A DNA stretch of 64,000 bases from assembly GCA_046563655.1 (NCBI GenBank), contig CM102290.1, forward strand, positions 62,001-126,000. Reading direction: 5' to 3'. Origin of the DNA: Yuukianura sp. NJ FZ-2021. Lineage: Eukaryota. A program made the position numbers and the translations under genes. Under the pieces are notes generated by a model. That model was given only the letters and a program-made list of their open reading frames with translations. It did no database searches and was not told the DNA's origin. Each line of letters starts with the position of its first letter. The stretch's first letter is position 1. Of the stretch, positions 1-10,439 are shown one piece after another.

Positions 1-304
1 GTTGGGAAAAATGAAGGCAAAATAGAGACGCTATATTGTTCCAAGAGTCAAATAACTTAGGTTAGGTTAGGTATAACAAAAATTTAATTAGCAAAACTAA
101 TAAATTAACTAAAATAAAGCTCAAACAATTAACGTCCTTCTTTAGAGATTTATTTTAATTAAAAACCGTCAACTTACAACTGGTTCTTTATTACTAACTT
201 AATTATGCTAAGTTTCTATTTTTTGAAAGTGTCCATATGCGAAGGCTAGAAAGGCTGAAGAGAAAGTCCCTCTTTGTTGTATGAGGGGAGATCGACTGCT
301 TTTC

Positions 305-2192
305 TATGAGGGGAGATCGACTGCTTTTCAACACAAATTTCCGCAAGCTTTTTTTAAAAAACACAGCACAAAAGCTTGCAGAAAATGTCACTATGTAACA
401 TTTTCTACATGCTTTTTCCTTGCAGAAAAATTGTGCCGTCGAAATTGAGGCGTTGAAATTGTGCCGTCGAAATTGAGGCGTTGAAATTGTGCCGTTGAAA
501 TTGAGGCGTTGAAATTGTGCTGTTGAAATTGAGGCGTTGAAATTGTGCTGTTGAAATTGAGGCGTTGAAATTGTGCTGTCGAAATTGAGGCGTTGAAATT
601 GTGCCGTCGAAATTGAGCCGCTGTAATAATTCCAGATGCCACATGCGCACTCCGTTTAAATGGAATGGAAAAACATTCAGGGCCGTATGTTTATCGACTT
701 TGGGCCACTCTGTTGAATAAATTTGAACACAGCTTATCAATTATACTACATATTTGGATTACTGGTTCCGTTAATTAGTTAATACTTTTACTGAATTAAT
801 CATCCTTTCATTAGAAAACATTTTTTACCTGCTAAAATTGATATTAGAATAGGAAACAAAGATAATTAAATGATTAAATCAAATTATATAATTAATATTA
901 ATATATATAATATGCAAACACTAATGCCAATTATGTGATATATAAGTATATGTTTAGCGAAATTATGTTTTCGTTGTTTCGTCCTTAATGATTATGTATC
1001 TTTTATTCAACTTTTCTGAAAAAGAAAGTAATTGGATAAGTATAAGTTATATAATATAATAATTAGAGATACACTCATATAAAACATATAATTAGTATTG
1101 ATGTATGCATATTAATTCTATAATCTGATTTAGTCGTCTATTAGCTTTTGTTTCTTATGTTTCATAACAGTTTTAATTAGTAATCAAAATGCTTTTTTAC
1201 TAAGAATATTACTAATTTAGTAAAAAGAATAACTAATTAACGATTCATAAACCATAGATCCGTTTAAGTGTTTGAAATGGTGAATTGAGTTAATCAAATT
1301 GGTCCAACAGATGGGCCGAATCTTGGTAGCACACGGCCCTGAATGTTTCTGTATTCCCAAACAGGGAGGACACATGCGCAGTCCGTCCTTAAAGAAGAAC
1401 AATACACAAAGAGTCCTGTGCCACCCAGTTTTTGCCTTTGTAAGAAATAACTTCCGAACTAATTATAAAATGCAATGCACATGCGTACATTACCAGGTTT
1501 GTTATTCATTTCTTCATCAGAAGAATAAATAAATAAATTAAATAAATGATTATACAATTTTATTTATTATATCCATCGCTCACTATATGATTTTATTATG
1601 AACTATTATTATTATTATTATCTATTATCATTATTATATTATTATTCATATATAGTATTATTATCATTATTATTATATGATATAACATATTACATATACA
1701 TAATATAATATATATACGTTATATTATATACATATTTATTATTTATTATTTTTATAATTAATTAGCAAAACTGGTAATGTGCATTTCATTTTGTAACTTC
1801 TGATGTTATTTCATGCAAAGGCGAAAACTCAGTGGCGCACGACTCTTTGTCTTTTGGTATTCCCTAAGAGCCTACTGCGCATGTGGCATCTGGAATTATT
1901 ACAGCGGCTCAATTTCGACGGCACAATTTCAACGCCTCAATTTCGACAGCACAATTTCAACGCCTCAATTTCAACAGCACAATTTCAACGCCTCAATTTC
2001 AACAGCACAATTTCAACGCCTCAATTTCGACGGCACAATTTCAACGCCTCAATTTCGACGGCACAATTTTTCTGCAAGGAAAAAGCATGTAGAAAATGTT
2101 ACATAGTGACATTTTCTGCAAGCTTTTGTGCTGTGTTTTTTAAAAAAAACTTGCGGAAAATTGTGTTGAAAAGCAGTCGATCTCCCCTCATA
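305..2192. mobile_element. Non-autonomous foldback/long-TIR DNA element
   Basis: 305-649 is the near-perfect reverse complement of 1876-2192 (left arm longer by one 28-bp subrepeat). Terminal 25 bp is tandemly duplicated at 280-304. Interior is very AT-rich with no transposase seen. Confidence 0.85.
428..618. repeat. 28-bp (2x14) tandem subrepeat GAAATTGTGCYGTYGAAATTGAGGCGTT, ~7 units, left TIR
   Basis: Direct reading; mirrored at ~1908-2068 (~6 units). Confidence 0.95.
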
Positions 2193-3101
2193 TTGTTGAG
2201 CCCAATTATTTATCTGGAATTTAAAATTATGGAGTTGGCGCCAATTCCGACAAGCGTCCTGCCTTTCTTATGAGTATCAAAATAACCTCTGGCTTTGACA
2301 GGAGAAAGTTATTTGTCAATTGGAAAGTTGTGCAAATTACTTGACCTTTAACGATTTATTTGGAACTTAAATGACTGTCGAACAGATTGAAACAGTTTCC
2401 AAAAAGGTATTTGTGGTCTCTTATCCAGAAGAAACACTCACTTCAACATCAATTCTTTGTTTTCGCTTAAATAACTCCATTTTCAAAACTGGAACCAAAA
2501 CCACGAAGAAAGGTAGCGAAAACAATGGAGAGAAAGTGAAATTGAAGAGATTTTGACCTTTGACTTTGATTAAACAACCGAACATGAAAGTAGAACTTGT
2601 GTTTTTAGAGTGGACGAAACCAAAACAGAAAATAAAGTTGAGTCAACTCACAAAAAGTCTCCCTGTTCTCAGGAACTTTTCCCGTTCTCACACTCAAAAA
2701 TTGAAGCCTTCTTTATGTGATGATGTTGGAAAAGCATGAAAAATGACTTTTTACATAAGAAAATTGTTGCAACTGTCAAGAAACAACAACTTTAGCATTA
2801 ATTGGCCAATTATTAATTAAAATTAATTAATTAACCTTTTCAGCCCTGTTTTCGGTTAAATAATTTGAAAAAAAACAACAACATTTTTTTAACTTTCATA
2901 AGAAAAGGACAAAGGAAGTTTAAGAAAAGGAAGCAGAAAAAATGGAAATGAAAAGTTTGTAGAACTTTTACTTAGATTTAAGAAGGGAAACTGTATGGAG
3001 AATATGCGAGTTTAGTATACCAAAACCAAAATAAAATTGAAGTGGATTCTGCCGGTTCTGAGGAACTTTCTCCATTTTTCTTAACAAAATGTTTTGTTTT
3101 C

Positions 3102-3253
3102 GGGGGTTTGGAGTTGGGATGGTCCCCACATGCATTTTTTCCATTGCCACCCACTCCCTCCCCCACCATCCAACTCCAAAAGAGTAAAACACTGCTTCGT
3201 TCTACTCCTTCCGCCTTCATATAAAAGGGAAGCTCAGCAAATTCTTTTCATTC
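3102..3253 (+). promoter_or_regulatory. Promoter module 1: inverted repeat + TATA + Inr
   Basis: TTGGAGTTGGGATGG (3108-3122) / CCATCCAACTCCAA (3166-3179); TATAAAAG 3220-3227; Inr TCATTC 3248-3253 with its A exactly 30 nt after the TATA T. Confidence 0.75.
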
Positions 3254-3538
3254 ACTTTTTGTTGTCGTTCGAGAGATGAAGGAAGAGGAGTCACAGTTTC
3301 CTTATGTAAACAAAGACAATCTGCTCCCTCTTCAGTTCTTTTTAATTGTCATCTCCAATTAACTTCCATTTTAGTTAATTGATCGATTGAATTATCAATC
3401 AAAAGATCCAGGGAATAGATGCATCAAAACATTGTAATTTTGAATTTGTGAAAAGATGTTGGGGGTTTGGAGTTGGGATGGTCCCTGCATGCATTTTTTT
3501 CATTGCCACCCACTCACTCCCCCACCATCCAACTCCAG

Positions 3539-4300
3539 GGGCCCAATTACGATTGAGAGTGACAGTTGGGGTATTTTTGGGGTAAAGCGTTTACCCCTTG
3601 ATTACTCCTCAAGTTACCCCCGATTACGAACTTTTTTGGAGTAATTTCGAAAAGTGTAACTTTGGAGTTTCCGCTTTACACTTTCTATACTCCGCGCTAA
3701 CTCCAAATTTTAAAAACATAAACAAACAAGCCGCATTCAAACTTCAAATCAAATAAGTCCCGGTCAGCTGTTCTTGATTTGATTCTTACAACATCAGTTC
3801 TAACATCGACATAAGGTGTAAAGTATTGAAAAAACGTTAAGATGCAATTCTTTCACAGAATCCAGACACACCGTAGGCGTTGCCACTCCTCATGGGTCAG
3901 GGGTTGACACTACGGTGTGTTTATGACTACCAAGTACGTTTATTTCCTAAATTTAGTTGCTTTCCATAGTTTAGTCACTGAGAGCTCATGTAAATGCATT
4001 TCAATCATGTTTTAAGTTAAATTTGTCGCAATGGGTGTATGAACGATTAGTCCCATGATACCATAGCGACCCCGTTTTAGAAATTATTTCGAGTTCAGAC
4101 TATACCATGCTAGATGAGCTATAAAATGACCCAAGTGTGATGGATGACCCTGCGGCGTTGGCACAGCTGCACTGGCATTGACACGCAGGGTCTTAATATT
4201 GGAATTACGTAGTAACAACCGATTCCGAAGCAATTAATTCGAAATGTTTTTGGAACTTTACCCCCACTGAACCCTCTAAGAGCAGGATAACTTTTCGGGT
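3539..4300. mobile_element. 762-bp insertion flanked by a 172-bp direct duplication
   Basis: 3367-3538 is repeated at 4301-4472; insertion absent from the homologous position in cassette 3; it truncates promoter module 2 (3461-3538). Confidence 0.7.
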
Positions 4301-4394
4301 CATTTTAGTTAATTGATCGATTGAATTATCAATCAAAAGATCCAGGGAATAGATGCATCAAAACATTGTAATTTTGAATTTGTGAAAAGATGTT

Positions 4395-4535
4395 GGGGGT
4401 TTGGAGTTGGGATGGTCCCTGCATGCATTTTTTTCATTGCCACCCACTCACTCCCCCACCATCCAACTCCAGAAGAGTAAAACACTGCTTCGTTCTACTC
4501 CTTCCGTCTTCATATAAATAGGAAGCTCAACCAAT
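4395..4535 (+). promoter_or_regulatory. Promoter module 3 (precedes leader B)
   Basis: Same inverted repeat; TATAAATA 4513-4520. Confidence 0.65.
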
Positions 4536-4622
4536 TCTCTCCTCCTCTGAATTATTTATGTGAATCTCAACCCCTGGTGCGGACTGCCGATGTAACAAGC
4601 TGCTTTTACAACTTTTGGTTTT

Positions 4623-4742
4623 TGTGATTTCGTCTCAAGTTCAAAGTCAACCTTGAGGCTAATCCTCTGAAAACAACAGAAACTGCTGACGATTATCGCA
4701 GCATTAGACGCCGCTACGATTTGAACTTGAGACGAAATTGCG
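4623..4742 (+). other. Leader-B long imperfect hairpin (candidate structured RNA)
   Basis: ATTTCGTCTCAAGTTCAAA pairs with TTTGAACTTGAGACGAAAT and extends by G:U pairs; homologues at ~7575-7695 and ~17175-17292. Confidence 0.55.
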
Positions 4743-4944
4743 GGAAATCTTTTCAAAATTTCAAAAGTCAAAATCAAAACAACTAAAGAAAGATCCAGAT
4801 CAAATTCTAATTCACCAGCTAATAATTTGAGGGAAGGAAGTGAACATTAACAATTTTGAATTTTAGTTATAACTCTGATGTGACGTTTGACCTAGGACTG
4901 ACCTCTACTGCTTGGGTCAACGTATCTACACAAGTACAGCGACC

Positions 4945-5290
4945 ATGCTAACTGCCAATTGGAATGGATGGCTAAAAGACCTCGGTCCCTGTCCCTGGAC
5001 ACTGCGGACGACATATCGCTACCGTTCGACCCAGCGCCTTGTGTATTCGGAATTCGGTGACCCAGCTCAAGTACTCCGCTTCGAAGACAACGTCGACATT
5101 GGTACAGGGAAGGACCGGGTAAGGGCACTTGTCTTCGCAAAAAAAAAAAACAAACAAATCAGTGTTTTTGTTTTAACAATCCTTTTCTTCTGAGTTTCAG
5201 CTTGTTGTGAAGATGCTTGGCAGTCCAGTGAATCCGGCGGACATCAACACAATCCAGGGGAATTATCCCATCAAACCCAAAATATTTCCT
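4945..5290 (+). pseudogene. MECR: 5' fragment of mitochondrial trans-2-enoyl-CoA reductase
   Basis: ATG 4945; exons 4945-5118 and 5201-~5290 (GT-AG intron) give LVYSEFGDPAQVLR...VKMLGSPVNPADINTIQGNYPIKP; homology then stops. Confidence 0.8.
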
Positions 5291-5310
5291 ATTTTCCGTC
5301 TACTTCCCAG

Positions 5311-5759
5311 GGACTTGTTGCTTGGATTGGAAACTTGGAGAACAGTGTCACTGGCGGCGGCGGCTCTTCAGCCACTTCTGTTGGGAGCGAAGATGAGGCT
5401 TTGAATGCAAAATGCGAGGACCAGGCGAAAGAGATCTTCCGAGTGGATGACAAGAAACCAACTTGAAAATGCAAGTTCGCCTTCTCGATGGGAAGAAGTA
5501 AGAATGTCTTTTTGTAACCAACGAAAGAAACAATGAAATTAGTAACATGTTGTTTATTAACAGAATGTCTGTGGTGCTGAAGAACACGGTGACTGTGGGA
5601 CAACTCCGCCAGTACATCACAATTGCTCGGCCATCGCTCGCTGAAGTGCCGTTTCGCCTTTTCGCTGGTCATCCAAGCAAGGCCATTGAAGATGAGACAG
5701 CAACGTTGGAAGACGCCACCATGGCAAACGCCGTGATTCTCCTCCAACAAGCCAAATGA
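5311..5759 (+). pseudogene. 3' fragment of a p47/p37-type p97 cofactor (UBX domain), frameshifted
   Basis: ...VDDKKPT/MQVRLLDGK|intron|MSVVLKNTVTVGQLRQYITIARPSL...FAGHPSKAIEDETATLEDATMANAVIL resembles the NSFL1C/UBXN2 C-terminus; TGA at 5464-5466 plus 1-nt frameshift. Confidence 0.75.
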
Positions 5760-7044
5760 TTCAAACAATGCTGCCTTTGAATCAAACACAATTCCAATTT
5801 TTCAAAAAAAAAAAGTTAAATATGAAACAGCACTTGCCCAACGAATTTCACACTTATTAGACGACTATCCTTTTCGTTTTCATTCTTAAATTGCAAAGTA
5901 TTTCAATCAAAATGGATTATCCTTTTAAGCGGTTTTCGTTGTTTTGTTCAACTCCTCAGAATTCGGAAATAAAATTTTAATTTTTTTCACTTACGATCAT
6001 CACAGAACCATTACGTTTTACTAAAACTAATTAAGTTTGAGTGCATTCTTCGCAGTTTTCTAGATTGTCTTTCGTTTGTATTTTTTAATAATGCCCATAT
6101 GTGAAGTTATGAAGGGTGCACAGAAAAACTGTTTGTTGGACTATATTTTTGTTTAATTTTAAATTGAGTAGTTGGCGCCTTTGTTGCTCGGAAGGCGTCT
6201 TGTCTTCTTATGAGGACCAAAAACGCCTTCAAGGAGAAAGTTATTTCGCCAATTGGAAAGTTGTGCAAATTACGAACCCTTTAACGGTTAATTTGATACT
6301 GAAAATAGCGGTTGATCAGAATGAAACAACTTTCATTAGTGTAGTCCATCTTTATTCACCACAAGAAACACTTCTTTTAACTTAACTTCCATTTTACACG
6401 CTTAGATTTTGATTAAAGTGAATTTTCAAACAGAAACTAAAACTAGGAAGAAAGTTGGTGAAAATAATGCAAAGAAAGTTAAATTGGAAAGCTTTTGCCC
6501 TTTGATTTTGTTGGGACAAGAGAAAATGTGTGGAGGATTTGTGTTTGAGAGTGGACGAAAGTGAAACTGAGAATAAAGTGGAGTCAACCCTCAAAGACTC
6601 TCCATGTTCTCACCAACTTTCTGTGCTTTTCACACTCAAAAAAATTCAAGTTTTTCTGACGAAATGATGATAGAAAGTCATCACAAATGACTTTTTACCA
6701 AAGAAAATTGCTACAACTGATGTTTCTGTTTTTTTACAAGAAAACAACACTAATTTCCGCATTAATTGGCCTTTTTAGCTCTGTTTTGGGTTAAATGACA
6801 TGAAAAATTCTTTTTTTTAACTTTCATACGAAAAGTACAAAGAAAGTTGGAGAAAGGATGCAGGAAAAGTGAAATTAAAAAGCTTTTTGAGCTTTTATTT
6901 AGATTTGAGAAGCAAAAGTGCATGGAGAAGATGCGAGTTTGGTGTTCAAAAACCAAAATAAAATTGAAGCGGAGTGAACTCCAATGTATTCTGCCTGTTC
7001 TGAGGAACTTTCTCTGTTTTTCCACACAAAAAGTTGGAATTTTT

Positions 7045-7196
7045 GGGGGTTTGGAGTTGGGATGCTCCCCGCCTGCATTTTTTCCATTGCCACCCACTCC
7101 CTCCCCCACCATCCAACTCCAAAAGAGTAAAACACTCCTTCGTTCTACTCCTTTCGTCTTCATATAAAAGGGAAGCTCAACAAATTCTTTTCATTC
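7045..7196 (+). promoter_or_regulatory. Promoter module 4
   Basis: Inverted repeat from 7051; TATAAAAG 7163-7170; TCATTC 7191-7196 (A at +30). Confidence 0.75.
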
Positions 7197-7412
7197 ACTC
7201 TTGTCTGTTCTGCGAGAGATGAGGGCAGAGAACACAGTCTCCTCATGTAAACAAACATCATATGTTTCTTCTTCACTTATTTCTAATTTATGCGTGAGAA
7301 AGTTGTTAGAGGTGTGAGCCATTTCAATGTATTTTTATTTGAAAATTAAGTTAATTACTCATTAAATCACTCATTAACTTGATTGAGTGTCATTTTGCTT
7401 CTTCAAGTTGTT

Positions 7413-7491
7413 GACTGAGGTGATTTTGGTTTTGTGTTTCCTTTTATATGAGAAGGAGAGGAGTAACAAGTTACTCTTCGAGGAGTTGGAT
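7413..7491 (-). promoter_or_regulatory. Inverted, degenerate promoter module
   Basis: Minus strand reads ATCCAACTCC..AAGAGTAA..TACTCCT..TCATATAAAAGG; TATAAAAG at 7448-7441; Inr TCAGTC at 7418-7413 (A at +32). Confidence 0.6.
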
Positions 7492-7900
7492 CCAGCTCGC
7501 TCAAAGTATTTATAGGAATCTCATCCCGGGTGCGGACCCCGAGCGAACAAGCTGCTTTTACAACTTTTGTTTTTGTCCTTTCGTCTCAACTGCAATCCAA
7601 GTCATATTGAAGGCTAATCCTCTGAAAATAGCAGAAACTGCTGACGGTTATCTCAGTATTCGTCAATTTTGCAACTTGAACTTGAGACAAAAGTGCGGGA
7701 ACTCTTTTCAAAATCCAAAAGTCAAAAATAAAATTAAACTTGCAACTGGAAGATCAAATCAAATTGAAAAAGAAGAAGAGCTAGAGGCAAGTCAATTTAA
7801 TTGTAATTAACGTAATCAATGATTAAGTTAATTAGTGCTTAACTCCTCTTCCTAATTCGAAGGCCCATCAGTTGATACGTGATTTGACAACTATAGTGGA

Positions 7901-8563
7901 ATGATTGACGTGCGGGACATTCTTGACCTGGGGAATGAGGTCCCTGGGTCATCTGTGCAGAAGAAGCCGCAACGGAAGGTAAACAACCGCTTAAAATATT
8001 GTGAATGTTCTTTAATTAGCTAAGTTATATCTTAATTAGTCTAAACTTCAGTCAAAGTAACTAGTTTCTTTGTTGTTTTGTAGTCGAACATTGTGTTCAA
8101 GCGTCCGGAGTGCATGCCAAGTGAGTTGTATGCTCTACTGTGTGCTGACGACGGTGGAAAGAACCTGGAACTAGCTCCATTGTTGCCAACGGATATCACA
8201 GGCGGATACAAACAGAAAGTTAATCTAGGAGCCTAGAAAGTGCGGCACTGGAAGTGGACGCCTTTTACAAATCCAGGACGAACCGACGGAGCAGTATTTT
8301 ATCACTGGAGACGAGTGGGAGAAGAGACTAGAGAGTATCCATTTGCTAAATTCAACAAAGTAACTCTGAACTACTAAACTTAGTTAAATAACTTCAGTTC
8401 TTAATTAACTAAATTGTTTTCATGTTAACAGGAGATTCCGATCTTGAAGTACTCAGAGGCCGAGTACTCGAATCATCTTGAGAAAGAAGGGTGGACGAAG
8501 GAGGAGACTGATCATCTCTTTGACCTCGCCAGAAGATTCAACCTTAGATTCCCCATCATGCAG
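7901..8563 (+). pseudogene. DMAP1: 5' fragment of DNA methyltransferase 1-associated protein 1
   Basis: Three exons: MIDVRDILDLG..|..FKRPECMPSELYALL..KVRHWKWTPFTNPGRTDGAVFYHWRR..YPFAKFNK|..WTKEETDHLFDLARRFNLRF; in-frame TAG 8234-8236; cut off in the next intron by promoter module 5. Confidence 0.9.
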
Positions 8564-8622
8564 GTAAGACTCATCCATGGTTTCACTCTTTGATTTCTAA
8601 TTTTAGTTAACCCCCTAATTTT

Positions 8623-8780
8623 GGGGGTTTGGAGTTGGGATGGTCCCCACATGCATTTTTTCCATTGCCACCCACTCTCTCCCCCATCATCCAACTCCAA
8701 AAGAGTAAAATCCAAAGAAATCCTACTCCTTCCAGCTTCATATAAATGGGAAGCTCATACAATTCCTCTACTTCACTCAC
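8623..8780 (+). promoter_or_regulatory. Promoter module 5 (stand-alone, no upstream block)
   Basis: Inverted repeat from 8629; TATAAATG 8741-8748; followed by a different GC-richer leader. Confidence 0.65.
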
Positions 8781-10055
8781 GTCTCTGTCTTGGACGTGGA
8801 GACGGAGAGGAAGGGTTTTCGTGTTTGAGAGATGGCGCTGCAGAGAGAGGGTGACTGGTGTTGTGTGTGGCTTTTAGTGCAACCGGCGTCTCCTTCATTT
8901 GAATTTTCTCCCTCCTTCCTGCCGCATTCGTCTCCTCTTCGTCACTTTTGTTCCTCTGTCTTCAGCTGTATCCTCTCCCGCAAGTAAAGTGTCCGTTACT
9001 TTAATTCAAGTTTAATTAACGTTCATCGATTAACCATTGTTGTTAGTTAGTAGTTGTTAGTCATAATCTCATGACCATACAAAGTGTCAACTACAGGTAA
9101 CAACAACTAACAACTAAAGGAACCAAAAGTCATAAGGTCAAGGTCTAACGGTCAATGTTTGTTGCTTTGTTTTAGTTGGGACTTGGGAATGGGGCTTTCT
9201 AAAAATGGACACCCACTTCATCACCTTCCAAATCGGCATCACCTCTTCCAAATCTTTTGATCCTGCATCTCAATTCTCCATTTCAGTCGTCGTTCCTCTT
9301 GTGCAAACTTTGGCGACGAAGCATTCCCACCTCTCCATTTCTACTACTTCAATCGTTGCTCAAGTACTTGGAAGGTAGGACGCGAAGCACTTTTCACATT
9401 CCACTTTCCACATTTTGATAACAAGGTAAGGAACACTCTTTTTCATTACTCCTAGTTGACATTTAGTCATTTGTTTGGGCTTCAATTGGTCATAGTGAGA
9501 ACCGTTGAGGTCAAACGTAGTTCAAAGGTCAGGTCACTTGGACAAACGTAATTCGGAAGGGAGGGACTTTACCGGGGTTCAGTCCTTACATGAGGTGCTA
9601 AGAATGGAATTGAGATGCTGGGAAGACAAATGGCCCAACACTTGCCATCTTTGTATTTGCCAGTGTTTATATTCCATCTTCATTCCTTTAGACTCAATCA
9701 ATTAAGTTCCAGTGCAGGGTGACACTGGATTCATTTACCTAACGTACACTTCCAAGGTAGCTAAGAGATTCTTCTCAAAACAACTAACGCATTCCACAGC
9801 ATCTCAATTCCAAAGTTATTGTATGATTCTGATCCCACGCTATTTTTGTTTTTGGTTTTAAGTGGCAAGATGCTAACACTTCTATTCTTGCCTAAGTATT
9901 TTAAAGTTCAACTGAAGTTATGTACTTTTGTTTTTGTTTAGAGGGAGTAGTGTGGCTATGGGGGACTCTGCATCACTATTTTTAGCTCAGCCGTAGGGAC
10001 TAGTCGCGAGCAGTATTTGGGAGGGGAAATAGCTTAAAAATGACCAAATATCAGA

Positions 10056-10398
10056 AACGGTTTGCTTTTTGAATTTTTAGTGGGGGATTTTAAAAGTTCT
10101 TTGAAAAACAACTTTTCTCTAGGAAAACTTTTTTTTAATTTTAAATTACTTCTCAAACGTTACTTTTTGAATTTTTAGTGGGGGATTTAAAAAGTTCTTT
10201 TAAGAACAACTTTTCTCTAGAGAAACGTTTTTAAAAATAATTTTAGTTACTTCTCAAACGTTGCTTTTTGAATTTTTAGTGGGGATTTAAAAAGTTCTTT
10301 TAAAAACAACTTTTCTCTAGAAAAACTTTTTTTTTAATTTTAAGTTACTTCTCAAACGTTGCTTTTTGTATTTTTAGTGGGGGATTTAAAAAGTTCTA
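10056..10398. repeat. ~100-bp tandem repeat, ~3.4 copies
   Basis: AAACG..GCTTTTTG unit starts near 10056, 10155, 10256, 10354. Confidence 0.9.
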
Positions 10399-10439
10399 TC
10401 CTTTCAAGTATCCTTATTTAGTAATCCTTATTTCTAGGT

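Larger units (their letters stand above)
2232..4810 (+). repeat. Cassette copy 1 (upstream block + promoter A + leader A + promoter B + hairpin leader B), with a 762-bp insertion
   Basis: Colinear similarity to ~6168-7765 and ~15775-17345; edges approximate. Confidence 0.85.
6168..7765 (+). repeat. Cassette copy 2
   Basis: Colinear with copies 1 and 3; its second promoter module is inverted and degenerate. Confidence 0.85.

Noticed and set aside
57..71. (TTAGG)3 as a telomere
   Set aside because: Too short and internal.
391..2273. Repetitive ORFs (NFNASISTAQFQR...) on both strands
   Set aside because: Translation of the 28-bp TIR subrepeat, open in several frames.
4665..4740. Hammerhead ribozyme in leader B (CTGACGA...GAAA)
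   Set aside because: No stem II closes between the motifs, and CTGANGA is not kept in the other two copies.
6762..7163. Recurrent minus-strand ORF MKTKGVERRSVLLFWSW... (also 2978-3220, 16296-16703) as a conserved small protein
   Set aside because: The middle region is read in different frames in copies 2 and 3, and copy 1 stops early; conservation is at DNA level (antisense of the promoter module).
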